Positions 40,410 to 50,569 of a DNA stretch of 56,015 nt are shown here, piece by piece (position 1 is the first letter of the stretch; every line of letters begins with the position of its first letter). Below the pieces are notes generated by a model, which made no database searches, was not told the origin of the DNA, and saw only the letters and a list, made by a program, of their open reading frames with translations. The stretch is from Bacillales bacterium (GTDB taxonomy: Bacteria > Bacillota > Bacilli > JARBTR01): assembly GCA_031554185.1 (NCBI GenBank), contig JAVBKE010000031.1, forward strand, positions 1-56,015. The letters run 5' to 3'. Position numbers and translations under genes: made by a program.

Positions 40410-42044
40410 TTATCGAATATTTTCTAGCGTTTGCTCACCATTTGGACCATTCATTTCTTTAGCAAACTCAATCAGGTTCACTAAGTTATCCATCTTCACA
40501 CGCATTTCGCCCTCGGTTTTCGATTTACCGATAATATCGACAAGGTGTTTTTCTAAACTTTTAATTTCTAAACGCATTAGAATGTCATCCAATTCACCAA
40601 CGACTTTTTCAAACAGTTCTATTTTATCGTAGAGGATGCGCATCACGTGTTCTTCAACGGTGTTACGGGTGGCAAAATTGATGATTCTGACATCATGTTC
40701 TTGTCCAAAGCGATGAACGCGTCCAATTCGCTGCTCCAAACGCATTGGATTCCATGGGAGGTCGAAATTAATAATATTGTGGCAGAATTGCAAATTTAGC
40801 CCCTCACCACCAGCTTCTGTTGCGATCATGACTTGTGCTCTTGTTTGGAATAACTGTTTCATCCAGTCTTTTTTGCCGCGCTTAAAGCCACCTCGAAACG
40901 GAACAGAGCTAATCCCGTTTTGCTGGAAAAACCACTGTAAGTAAAACTGTGTTGCTCGATATTCTGTGAAAATCAGCACCTTATCGTCAATTTCTTGAAT
41001 TAATGCTAAAGCTTTTTCTGCCTTCGAATTGCAGTCAACTTGCTCAACAATAGGGATCAGGTGATCTGCACCCATATTTTTTAGTGTAAAATAGACAGCC
41101 TCGCGGCTACTGCACGCTTCTCGTTGCAGAATCAATGATGAGAAAGAATCACTGCGAAACTGAGAAACAGCGTCGTATAGTATGCGTTCGGTTGGCGCCA
41201 TCTCAATCAGAACAGTTTCGACTTGTCGCTTCGTCCACGCGACACCCGAGGTTTCGCGCCGGTTTCGTACCATAACACTGTTAATCAGCTGATTGAGAAT
41301 TTGGCTGCCTTCAGGATTTCGCCGTGAATCAGAGAATCGATCCATGAAATTTTGGTAGCTTCCAAGCAGACCTGGTTTTAATAACGAGACTAAGTAGAAA
41401 ATTTCTTCCAAACGGTTTTGTATCGGTGTTGCTGTTAATAGTAGGCAGAATTTCTTTTGTAATTTACTCACTAATTCATAGTTTTTTGAACGATTATTTT
41501 TTAACTTGTGTGCTTCATCAACAATGACTAGATCGTATTCTTCCTTCAGAATTTCAGTTTGATTAGCAGGTCTTTTGGCAGTATCCAAGGAAGTGATGAC
41601 AATGTCATAGCTACTCCAAGGGATATTTTTCTTAAACACCGCAACAGGTATATGAAATTTTTCAATTAATTCTTGCGACCATTGCGAAACAAGTGATGCA
41701 GGGACAAGAATCAACGCTTTTTTGACAAGTCCTCGAATCATATATTCTTTTAAAATCAGTCCGGCTTCGATTGTTTTTCCAAGGCCCACTTCATCTGCTA
41801 AAATCGCTTTGCCGTTCATGTTCTCGATGACCTCTGTAGCAGATTGTAATTGATGGGGGAGTGGTTCAAAGCTTGATAAATACTTTGGTGATCGTAGACC
41901 TGTGAATTCAGGTACAATCAAATTCTTTTCTGCTTCGATCGCTAGTTTGAAAAGGTCATAATTGCACCAAGGGCCATCCGTTTCAACTTTGCTTTCTAGT
42001 GTATTTAACCAACTGTCATCAAATATGACCTCAACTTCTTTCAA
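40410..42044 (-). CDS. yqhH: SNF2-related helicase YqhH
   Basis: ILADEVGLGKTIEAG, DEAH, GEGLNLQFC, PWNPMRLEQRIGR; divergent from gcvT as in B. subtilis. Confidence 0.88.
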   Translation of the reverse strand: MKEVEVIFDDSWLNTLESKVETDGPWCNYDLFKLAIEAEKNLIVPEFTGLRSPKYLSSFEPLPHQLQSATEVIENMNGKAILADEVGLGKTIEAGLILKEYMIRGLVKKALILVPASLVSQWSQELIEKFHIPVAVFKKNIPWSSYDIVITSLDTAKRPANQTEILKEEYDLVIVDEAHKLKNNRSKNYELVSKLQKKFCLLLTATPIQNRLEEIFYLVSLLKPGLLGSYQNFMDRFSDSRRNPEGSQILNQLINSVMVRNRRETSGVAWTKRQVETVLIEMAPTERILYDAVSQFRSDSFSSLILQREACSSREAVYFTLKNMGADHLIPIVEQVDCNSKAEKALALIQEIDDKVLIFTEYRATQFYLQWFFQQNGISSVPFRGGFKRGKKDWMKQLFQTRAQVMIATEAGGEGLNLQFCHNIINFDLPWNPMRLEQRIGRVHRFGQEHDVRIINFATRNTVEEHVMRILYDKIELFEKVVGELDDILMRLEIKSLEKHLVDIIGKSKTEGEMRVKMDNLVNLIEFAKEMNGPNGEQTLENIR

Positions 42045-42082
42045 CGCGGATTGCCTCCGATCCTAACAGAATTTACTTCCAT

Positions 42083-42112
42083 CAGTATTTCCTAAATGAT
42101 TGGAATTTATAA
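42083..42112 (-). promoter_or_regulatory. Sigma-F-like promoter of yqhH
   Basis: TTATA-N15-GGAAATACTG vs consensus GYATA-N15-GGnnAnAHTR. Confidence 0.5.
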
Positions 42113-42168
42113 GGGTAGCCGCTAATAAATGATGATCAGAACTTGCGACCAAAATTCTTGTGAAATAA

Positions 42169-42197
42169 TTGCTGACAGCTTGTGATAATGGTACGAT
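42169..42197 (+). promoter_or_regulatory. Sigma-A promoter upstream of small ORF/gcv operon
   Basis: TTGCTG-N17-TACGAT with extended TG. Confidence 0.5.
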
Positions 42198-42358
42198 AAG
42201 AAGAGGGAAAACGTTTTGCTTTGGTGGTTATTACCACGTTATTTTGATAGATGTTGAGAATTGGTTTTTTTGAAAGGATTCGTATACGCTTTCTAGTGAA
42301 TGAAAGCATCTCATTAAGAACAGATTAGAAACTTGAAAAAAGAGGAGTAGGTACTCAA

Positions 42359-42490
42359 ATGGATTTTCTACAAACACTTTTATTTGGTGTTGCAGGTCTG
42401 ATGATTTTGACGTTTATTCTCATTATTGGTTTTATCTTTGTGATTTACATATTCGTAAAAAAATTAATGAAAAACGGTCGAGATGATTGA
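42359..42490 (+). CDS. Small single-pass membrane protein, 43 aa (not in ORF track)
   Basis: GAGGAG RBS; MDFLQTLLFGVAGLMILTFILIIGFIFVIYIFVKKLMKNGRDD. Confidence 0.65.
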   Translation: MDFLQTLLFGVAGLMILTFILIIGFIFVIYIFVKKLMKNGRDD

Positions 42491-42584
42491 AATAGTTTGA
42501 TAAATTGATTAAGAAAGTGTTACTCTCATTGTGCAAATTCAGAGCATATATGGCTAAGACATTTTAATAAAGTGAGGGATTTGA

Positions 42585-43688
42585 TTGGCAGAATTACTGA
42601 GAACACCATTATTTAATGAGTATGCAAAATTAGGCGGAAAACCAATTGACTTTGGCGGTTGGGAATTACCCGTCCAGTTCTCTAGCATTGCTACCGAGCA
42701 TGAGGCGGTTCGAAAGCAGGCAGGGTTGTTTGACGTTTCTCATATGGGTGAATTCACACTTAAAGGGGCTCGTGCTGGTGATTTCTTGCAGTCTATATTA
42801 ACAAATGATATAGCCACAATGAAAATTGGTAAGGCACAGTATAACATTATGTGCTATCCAGACGGTGGCGCTGTCGATGATTTAATTGTTTATAAAGTAG
42901 CCGAGGATGACTATTTTATTTGTGTGAATGCTTCAAATATTGAAAAAGACTTCGCTTGGATGATGAAACACAAGCCAGACGGGCTTGCGCTCGAAAATAT
43001 TTCTGGTGAGATTGGTCAAGTTGCTTTGCAGGGGCCGTTAGCGGAGCGCGTTTTGCAAAAGTTAACGGCTACTGATTTGAGTGCGATTCCTTTCTTTGGA
43101 TTTGTTTATCAGGCAGTCGTAAACGGGATTACTTGTATGATTGCCCGCACTGGATACACTGGTGAGGATGGCTTTGAGCTGTATGCCAAGGCTTCGGAAA
43201 TCGTTCAGGTGTGGCGTGATATTCTTGATGCTGGTAGTAGGTTCGGCGTTATCCCTTGTGGATTAGGTGCGAGGGACACATTACGTTTCGAAGCGTGTTT
43301 GCCGCTGTATGGGCAGGAACTTTCACAGACTATCTCACCGATTGAAGCTGGTGTTGGTTTTGCCGTGAAAACAGATGCTGAGGCAGATTTTATCGGGAAA
43401 GCTGTTTTGAAAAAATATAAAGAATTAGGTGCACCTCGGAAAATGGTTGGTATTGAGATGACTGGTCGCGGCATTCCTAGACATGGCTATCCCGTCTATG
43501 TAGGCGATGAGCAAATCGGGGAAATTACAACTGGAACGCAGGTGCCAATAACGAAACGGAATATCGGTATGTCGATTATAGAAACGGCATTTGCCCAGAT
43601 TGGCCGAGAGGTATTTGTTGAGATTCGTGGAAAAAAAGTACCTGCTATCATTGTCTCTACACCTTTTTATAAAAGGGAGCGTAAATAG
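42585..43688 (+). CDS. gcvT: Glycine cleavage system T protein (aminomethyltransferase)
   Basis: FGGWELPVQF, FDVSHMGE, RTGYTGEDGFE, GLGARDTLR. Confidence 0.96.
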   Translation: MAELLRTPLFNEYAKLGGKPIDFGGWELPVQFSSIATEHEAVRKQAGLFDVSHMGEFTLKGARAGDFLQSILTNDIATMKIGKAQYNIMCYPDGGAVDDLIVYKVAEDDYFICVNASNIEKDFAWMMKHKPDGLALENISGEIGQVALQGPLAERVLQKLTATDLSAIPFFGFVYQAVVNGITCMIARTGYTGEDGFELYAKASEIVQVWRDILDAGSRFGVIPCGLGARDTLRFEACLPLYGQELSQTISPIEAGVGFAVKTDAEADFIGKAVLKKYKELGAPRKMVGIEMTGRGIPRHGYPVYVGDEQIGEITTGTQVPITKRNIGMSIIETAFAQIGREVFVEIRGKKVPAIIVSTPFYKRERK

Positions 43689-43791
43689 AATTTGATGGAC
43701 TTTAATAACTAGCAAGGTAATGAATTTGGTTTGGATCAAGCGTTGTTGAGCAGGCCTTGAAAAATTTGTAATGAAAAGGGAGTTGACCTAA

Positions 43792-45138
43792 ATGCAACAT
43801 CGTTATTTACCGATGACTGAGCAAGATGAAAAAGAGATGCTACGGGAAATCGGGATTTCATCTATCCAGGAACTGTTTGCTGACATTCCAGCATCTGTTC
43901 GTTTTCAGGGGGAACTTAATCTGAAACCGGCGGCTTCTGAAACCGACTTAATAGAAGAAATGACAGTACTAGCCGCTAAAAACGCCGACATTCGCAGCTA
44001 TAAATCATTTCTTGGAGCGGGCGTTTATGACCACTATATACCGGTTATTGTCGATCATGTCATTTCTCGTTCTGAGTTTTACACGGCATATACGCCTTAT
44101 CAACCAGAAATTTCACAGGGAGAATTGCAGGCGATTTTTGAATTTCAGACAATGATTTGTGAAATTACCGGGATGGCTGTTGCCAATTCTTCTATGTATG
44201 ATGGTGGAACAGCACTTGCGGAAGCGGCAATGCTTTCAGCTGGTCATACGCGCCGGAAGCAGATACTGGTTTCTAAAGCGGTGCAACCTGAGACAAGAGA
44301 TATCTTACATACATATGCGAAAGGACAAAACTTAGATGTGATTGAAGTGCCGATAAAAGATGGCGTGACCGATTATGCTGCACTTTCAGAACTAGTCACA
44401 AGCGATACGTCTTGCGTGATTACGCAGTATCCCAATTTCTTTGGCAGAATTGAAGAATTAGCACAAATGGGTGAACTGGCGCATGAGCACAAAGCGATGT
44501 TTGTCGTATCAAGTAATCCGCTAGCGCTAGGTTCGCTGAAACCGCCAGGTGACTTTGGTGCTGATATTGTTGTTGGTGATGCACAACCTTTTGGTATTGC
44601 AACTGCATTTGGTGGGCCACACTGTGGATTCTTTGCTGTTACGGACAAACTGATGCGTAAGGTGCCAGGTCGACTTGTCGGGCAGACGATTGATGAGGAT
44701 GGCAAACGCGGTTTTGTATTGACGTTACAAGCAAGAGAGCAACATATTCGTCGTGACAAAGCGACGTCAAATATTTGTTCTAACCAAGCTTTAAATGCAT
44801 TAGCAGCATCCGTTTGTATGACAGCGCTTGGTAAATTGGGAATTAAGGATATATCAATACGTAATATGCAACATGCTCAATATACAAAGGAAGCCTTTAA
44901 GCAAGCTGGTCTGGAGGTTGTCTATGAAGGACCTAATTTCAATGAATTCATTATTAAATGTCGTGAGAATGTTGACACAATTAATGAGAAACTTCTTAAC
45001 AAAGGGATCATCGGTGGATACAATTTGGAGCGAGATTATCCTGAACTTGAAAACTGCATGCTTGTCTGTGTGACGGAACTGCGTTCAAAAGCAGACATTG
45101 AGAATTTTGTAAAAGAAATGGGGTGTCTTCATGGGTAA
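43792..45138 (+). CDS. gcvPA: Glycine decarboxylase subunit 1
   Basis: [30 protein letters not shown]. Confidence 0.96.
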   Translation: MQHRYLPMTEQDEKEMLREIGISSIQELFADIPASVRFQGELNLKPAASETDLIEEMTVLAAKNADIRSYKSFLGAGVYDHYIPVIVDHVISRSEFYTAYTPYQPEISQGELQAIFEFQTMICEITGMAVANSSMYDGGTALAEAAMLSAGHTRRKQILVSKAVQPETRDILHTYAKGQNLDVIEVPIKDGVTDYAALSELVTSDTSCVITQYPNFFGRIEELAQMGELAHEHKAMFVVSSNPLALGSLKPPGDFGADIVVGDAQPFGIATAFGGPHCGFFAVTDKLMRKVPGRLVGQTIDEDGKRGFVLTLQAREQHIRRDKATSNICSNQALNALAASVCMTALGKLGIKDISIRNMQHAQYTKEAFKQAGLEVVYEGPNFNEFIIKCRENVDTINEKLLNKGIIGGYNLERDYPELENCMLVCVTELRSKADIENFVKEMGCLHG

Positions 45139-46609
45139 GCACGACCAAGCACTAGTGTTTGAAAGTAGTAAACCTGGTAGAACTGGGTACTCATTACCTG
45201 CAACTGAAATTCCAGCTTATCCGATCATTGATCTGATTCCTGAGGAATACATTCGAACAGAGAGTCCAGCGCTACCAGAGATGTCTGAACTTGATATCAT
45301 GCGTCACTATACAGCATTGTCGAATCGAAATCATGGCGTTGATTCTGGATTCTATCCACTTGGATCTTGCACGATGAAGTATAACCCGAAGATTAACGAG
45401 GCGATTGTTCGATTGCCAGGATTCGCTCATTTGCATCCTTATCAACCAGCATCGTCAGTGCAAGGTGCACTTGAGCTGATGTATGATTTGCAAGAACATT
45501 TAAAAGAGATTGCAGGAATGGACGAGTTCACATTACAACCTGCTGCAGGTGCACAGGGGGAGTGGACCGGACTGATGCTGATTCGGGCTTATCACGAGCA
45601 GCGTCAAGATTTCAAGAGAACTAAGGTGCTAATTCCCGATTCAGCACACGGCACTAATCCTGCATCAGCAACCATTGCAGGCTATGAAACGGTGACGATT
45701 AAGTCACTTGATAATGGTCTGGTAGATATTGCTGATCTGAAGGCGCATGTTGGCGAAGACACGGCTGCACTGATGCTGACAAATCCGAATACACTTGGTT
45801 TGTTTGAAGAAAACATTCTTGAGATGCAGGAAATTGTTCATGGTGTTGGTGGTAAACTGTACTATGATGGTGCCAACTTAAATGCAATTATGTCGAAAGT
45901 GAGACCGGGAGATATGGGATTTGATGTCGTGCACTTAAATCTACACAAAACCTTTACTGGACCACATGGTGGCGGTGGACCTGGATCAGGGCCGGTCGGT
46001 GTCAAAGCAGATTTAATCCCATTTTTACCAAGACCACTTATTGTCAAAACAAATGCTGGTTATCGGTTAGATTACAATGGTCCAGATACAATTGGGCGGG
46101 TGAAACAATATTATGGCAATTTTGGTATTAATGTTCGTTCCTATGTGTATATCCGCACAATGGGGCCGGATGGAATTAAAGCTGTCACAGAGCAGGCCGT
46201 CCTCAACGCAAACTATATGATGCGCCGATTACAGGAGCATTTTGATTTACCATTTGATTGTCATTGTAAGCATGAATTTGTGCTTAGTGGTAGAAGGCAG
46301 AAGAAATTGGGCGTTAGAACACTAGACATGGCGAAGCGTCTGCTTGATTTTGGCTATCACCCGCCAACGATTTATTTCCCACTTAATGTGGAAGAGTGTA
46401 TTATGATTGAACCAACAGAGACAGAGTCGAAGGAAACACTTGATGATTTCTGTGATGTGATGATTCGAATTGCTAAAGAAGTAGAGGAAAATCCGGTGGT
46501 TGTTCAGGAAGCACCTTATACGACCGTGGTGAAACGCTTGGATGAGACGTTGGCGGCTCGTAAGCCTATTCTTCGGTACCGTGCTATGGACAGTAATGCT
46601 ATTAATTGA
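45131..46609 (+). CDS. gcvPB: Glycine decarboxylase subunit 2
   Basis: [27 protein letters not shown] (PLP Lys). Confidence 0.96.
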   Translation: MGKHDQALVFESSKPGRTGYSLPATEIPAYPIIDLIPEEYIRTESPALPEMSELDIMRHYTALSNRNHGVDSGFYPLGSCTMKYNPKINEAIVRLPGFAHLHPYQPASSVQGALELMYDLQEHLKEIAGMDEFTLQPAAGAQGEWTGLMLIRAYHEQRQDFKRTKVLIPDSAHGTNPASATIAGYETVTIKSLDNGLVDIADLKAHVGEDTAALMLTNPNTLGLFEENILEMQEIVHGVGGKLYYDGANLNAIMSKVRPGDMGFDVVHLNLHKTFTGPHGGGGPGSGPVGVKADLIPFLPRPLIVKTNAGYRLDYNGPDTIGRVKQYYGNFGINVRSYVYIRTMGPDGIKAVTEQAVLNANYMMRRLQEHFDLPFDCHCKHEFVLSGRRQKKLGVRTLDMAKRLLDFGYHPPTIYFPLNVEECIMIEPTETESKETLDDFCDVMIRIAKEVEENPVVVQEAPYTTVVKRLDETLAARKPILRYRAMDSNAIN

Positions 46610-46611
46610 AT

Positions 46612-46660
46612 AAAAATTGATCGTTCACTTCTTACTTGGTAAGGGTGGCCGATTTTTTTT
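46612..46660 (+). terminator. Intrinsic terminator after gcvPB
   Basis: ATCGTTCACTTCTTAC/GTAAGGGTGGCCGAT + T-tract. Confidence 0.7.
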
Positions 46661-46987
46661 GCGCTTGACCCCTTTTGCTTTAACCTTGGAGGTTATAATA
46701 ACCCAGATACTATAGCTGTTGAAATTGAGGGTGTTAGGCTTATCACATCAGATAGAATTAGCTGTTTTTGAGAGACTAATATGAAAAAATAGTCTAAGTA
46801 TAGTCAAAGCAGTCTTGAATGCTCAAAAATAGGGAGGTTTAGTGGCTAAACCAAGTATTTTTATTCAGTCATAAAATTTTTTTAGTTATTTTTTTATGTC
46901 ATGAAATATAGAGAGTGTATCATTAGAATTGTTTGATAGTCCGTGCTTATAGCCCGTTTATACGCTTTTATCCTCCTTGATTTTTGT

Positions 46988-47016
46988 TTGCAAATGTAAA
47001 ATTTGGGGTGTATAAT
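46988..47016 (+). promoter_or_regulatory. Sigma-A promoter
   Basis: TTGCAA-N17-TATAAT. Confidence 0.7.
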
Positions 47017-47207
47017 TCAGGACTATCATCTTGAGGTGATGATGTGGGAGGAGGTGTCATTGCATAGTCTTCTCATAAATCCTTCTAGACCAAGTAAATG
47101 GGTGATTAATATAATGCCAATGTTGAGTACAGAGGGTTGGACATATTAATTGTATATTTACAAGTTTTTGAGGTAGTAAAAAATTGAACAAAAAGGGGAA
47201 TAAGAAA

Positions 47208-49289
47208 ATGTACAAGCAAAAGAATTCTAGATATAAGCTTGCTAAACAAATGATGAAGCTTCTACTCATACTTACTTTGGTCACTAGTGGTATGATGTCG
47301 GTACCAACAGCAAATGCTGCAGCATCAGAGGGAACAGACTTCGCGTTTATAAAGCCAAGTTCTACACCTGACTTTGATGGTGCGACACCATTAATCGTTA
47401 AGACACTGCCAAAAGGCGGAGATGTGGATACTGGCTTAGAATGGTTCCGGGTGCCTGTAAGTGGCGATGAATCATATGCTGATGTAGCTGCATTTGATGC
47501 TAAATATAGCACCACTCCAGCGGCTGATAAAGCTGAAATGAATGGAACGAACGAATCAACTCCACAAGCTTTTTATCTAGAGGATGGATTATCTAACCAA
47601 ATTGGTAGGAACGGTGAGTATTGGGTTAAGGTAACATTCAAGGAAGAAGCAACTGGAGAAGAATTTCCTGTAATCCATTCCGTTGATGTGAACAGTCTTT
47701 TCACACAATCAGTTGTCCAACGTGATGGTAAAGATGGGCAGACTGGAACAGAACTGTATGCTGCAGAATCGGTCAGAACGACTGGTACAAATGAAGACTA
47801 CATTACAAATAAAGTGGGTCTGGCTTTTGACATGAATGGAGAAATACTTGCTTCTACAAGTAATGGTCAAGACTCGGTGAAAAATACGCCTCAAGGAACA
47901 TATGCAACACTAGCGGTGCAACCAAGAATGTTGACACCTGAGTACGGGATTCCGGCTAGCGTTGATGTACCAGTGAACAGCACAGATCTCGGTACTGTAT
48001 CTTTCACATATGAACCCAATCAACAGGTAGGAAATAGTGAAGTTTCCTTCCATATTGCAGATAACACGTCAAAACCTGTTCAAGGTGCAAACATCAATAT
48101 TGATGGGAAAAACTATCTGACTGATGCTAGTGGCAATTCAGAAGCCATTACGCTGAAAGCACCTGGAAGATACGTATTTACGGTAACCGGCGATGGCTAT
48201 ATCGCTACTTCTGGTGTTGTTTATTTCACTGGGGAAGGACAAAGTGTGATTGAGGAAGCAGTACTCGAAGCTAGTGATCCGGGAGTATCAACTGTATATG
48301 GGTATGTAGTGGATGAGAATGGATTTCCACTCCCTGGTGCAACAGTTAGTACACCGATAAACAATTATAAAGTGACAACTGATGATAATGGTTTCTATGT
48401 GTTACCTGGTGCATCTGATCCTACCGTGATGACTGATGTGAAAGTATCCAAGGATGGCTTTGTTAGCCAACAGGTTTCGGTAGTGACAGCGTCAGGTGTG
48501 AACGCGAAGCAAAACTTCACACTTGTCAAAGGTGCAAATCAAGGATATACAATTTCAGGTACTGTAACAGATCTGTCAGGAACTCCAGTTGGTGGCGCTA
48601 CTGTAAGTGCTGGTGGTAAGGGTACAACAACCGATGTACATGGTGATTATACATTAGGGCTACTTGCACCAGGGGAAGTTACGGTTGAAGCTTCAAAACC
48701 TGGTTATACAACGAGTGTTGAGACTATTAATGTTACTCAAGACATGGAATACAATATTCAGTTAGCTAAACTTCAGCAAACAACAGTTTCATTTCAGGTT
48801 TGGGATTCCGAAAAAGAAATTCCAGTTGAGGGTGCAACGGTAGCATTCAACGGACAAACGTATATAACGAATGCAGATGGTATCACAGAAGATGCTAGTG
48901 TTTCAGGATATGGAGAGTTTCCTTATACCGTTTCAAAGGATGGATATGAGGATGTGACAGGTTTCATTTATTTAGATGGCGGGCAGGAATTTGTAAATGA
49001 AAGTGTCTATTTACGACCAATCCCAACACCAGTATCTGATGTCGACACGACAGTTTCATTTGTTGTTCGTGATGATCAAGGAACAGAAGTTGAAGGAGCA
49101 GCGGTAGAATTTAGCGGACAAACATACACCACGAATGCAGATGGTATTGCCGAAATCACTGTTACAGAAGATGGATGGCAGTCTTATAGTATAACAAAGG
49201 ATGGATTCGCAGAAACATCTGGAGAAATTTATGTAGCTGACGGAGAAGAGTTTGTCTTTGAATATGCTTATTTGCAAGCGCAACAATAG
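47208..49289 (+). CDS. Secreted acidic protein with tandem carboxypeptidase-regulatory-like/prealbumin-fold repeats
   Basis: Signal peptide ending PTANA; repeated 'PVxGATV...TxxDG...V(S/T)KDG(Y/F)' units; ATG 47208 after AGGGG. Confidence 0.8.
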   Translation: MYKQKNSRYKLAKQMMKLLLILTLVTSGMMSVPTANAAASEGTDFAFIKPSSTPDFDGATPLIVKTLPKGGDVDTGLEWFRVPVSGDESYADVAAFDAKYSTTPAADKAEMNGTNESTPQAFYLEDGLSNQIGRNGEYWVKVTFKEEATGEEFPVIHSVDVNSLFTQSVVQRDGKDGQTGTELYAAESVRTTGTNEDYITNKVGLAFDMNGEILASTSNGQDSVKNTPQGTYATLAVQPRMLTPEYGIPASVDVPVNSTDLGTVSFTYEPNQQVGNSEVSFHIADNTSKPVQGANINIDGKNYLTDASGNSEAITLKAPGRYVFTVTGDGYIATSGVVYFTGEGQSVIEEAVLEASDPGVSTVYGYVVDENGFPLPGATVSTPINNYKVTTDDNGFYVLPGASDPTVMTDVKVSKDGFVSQQVSVVTASGVNAKQNFTLVKGANQGYTISGTVTDLSGTPVGGATVSAGGKGTTTDVHGDYTLGLLAPGEVTVEASKPGYTTSVETINVTQDMEYNIQLAKLQQTTVSFQVWDSEKEIPVEGATVAFNGQTYITNADGITEDASVSGYGEFPYTVSKDGYEDVTGFIYLDGGQEFVNESVYLRPIPTPVSDVDTTVSFVVRDDQGTEVEGAAVEFSGQTYTTNADGIAEITVTEDGWQSYSITKDGFAETSGEIYVADGEEFVFEYAYLQAQQ

Positions 49290-49425
49290 AATTTAATGGT
49301 TATACATGTACAAAAATGCGGAGCGTATTGTTGAAGGCATTCAATGTTAGTGAAATGACAAAAGTGGTTTCCAATTCAGGTCTGATTAAATGTAGATAAA
49401 AGACAACCTCAAGTCACTATGAACA

Positions 49426-49466
49426 GTAGAAAAACTGCGATATTTCACTATCGCAGTTTTTCTACT
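49426..49466 (+). terminator. Intrinsic terminator
   Basis: GTAGAAAAACTGCGATA/TATCGCAGTTTTTCTAC. Confidence 0.75.
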
Positions 49467-49571
49467 TCTACTGAAAGTGATAAAATTACAATCAAAAAAA
49501 GAAGCATTTTTTTCAGATAGTCGTTTCACTTCTTTTTTAGATCACTTAATGATTTGAACCATTAAACCATA

Positions 49572-49626
49572 TTGACAAATAGGATCTTTACAGTAAAATT
49601 TTAAGCCGATGGTAATTTAATTACCA
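49572..49626 (+). promoter_or_regulatory. Sigma-A promoter with downstream palindrome
   Basis: TTGACA-N16-TAAAAT, then TGGTAATT-T-AATTACCA at 49610-49626. Confidence 0.6.
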
Positions 49627-49647
49627 AGAAAATCAAAGGGGATTACA

Positions 49648-50448
49648 ATGCATAAGATTGGAAAATTGTTTTTAGTTGGTAGTTTAGCTACCCTAATGTT
49701 AACAGGATGTGGCGAAAGCGAATCAGCAAAGGGAACAGAGTTAACTAAAGAAACCAAGGCAATTGAGGAGTGGACATATGAAGGTGAAACAGGCCCAACT
49801 CATTGGGAAGAGTTAGGCTTCATTGAAGGTGGAAATGAGCAATCACCGATTAATATCGTTACTTCAGAAGTCCTGCCAGTTGGTGCGCCATGGGAGGAAA
49901 CAATTAGCTATTCACCAACAACATTCAAAATGTTTAACAATGGGCACACTGTAGAGGCAGTGGCTGAAACTGAAAACAACACAGTAACCATCGATAATGA
50001 AACCTACACGCTAGAACAATTCCATTTTCATACGCCAAGTGAGCATCAAATTAATGGTGAAAATGCCGATATGGAACTTCATCTAGTCAATAAAGATGAA
50101 GAAGGGAATATCGCGGTATTAGGTGTCCTCATCAATGAAGGCGCTGAAAACGCAGAGCTTGCAAAAATGTGGAGCTCACTACCAGCAAAAGTGACTTCTG
50201 AAGAAGAAGCGACTGAAATCACCGAGCAGATTGATCCGATGATGCTACTGCCAACAGATAGAACAAAATACGAGTACTCAGGTTCTTTAACAACACCACC
50301 AGCTTCTGAGCATGTGAAATGGTTTGTTTTTGCGCAGCCAATTGAAATGTCCAAAGCACAAATCGAACAGTTCCAAACATTGTTTAAGGACGATCACAGA
50401 CCAGTACAACCAATCAATGACCGCGATGTCTACCAAGATGTATCGTGA
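49648..50448 (+). CDS. Alpha-class carbonic anhydrase, lipoprotein
   Basis: LTGC lipobox; QSPINI, NNGHT, QFHFHTPSEH, ELH, YSGSLTTPP. Confidence 0.92.
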   Translation: MHKIGKLFLVGSLATLMLTGCGESESAKGTELTKETKAIEEWTYEGETGPTHWEELGFIEGGNEQSPINIVTSEVLPVGAPWEETISYSPTTFKMFNNGHTVEAVAETENNTVTIDNETYTLEQFHFHTPSEHQINGENADMELHLVNKDEEGNIAVLGVLINEGAENAELAKMWSSLPAKVTSEEEATEITEQIDPMMLLPTDRTKYEYSGSLTTPPASEHVKWFVFAQPIEMSKAQIEQFQTLFKDDHRPVQPINDRDVYQDVS

Positions 50449-50479
50449 ACACCTGAATTAATTGCTACTAAATAAAAAT

Positions 50480-50522
50480 AATCGTTCACTCCCTACCAAT
50501 TGAGAGCTGAACGATTTTTTAT
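50480..50522. terminator. Bidirectional terminator
   Basis: AATCGTTCA/TGAACGATT with flanking A/T tracts between convergent genes. Confidence 0.7.
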
Positions 50523-50569
50523 AAAAAATGTAAAATGATCCGCGTCTAGCTTTTTCGCAATATTTCAGA

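Noticed and set aside
6115-50448. Additional selenoproteins via UGA stops in trxB, grdC, the MFS gene, pstB and carbonic anhydrase
   Set aside because: The proteins are already full length at the UGA and there is no redox-motif context.
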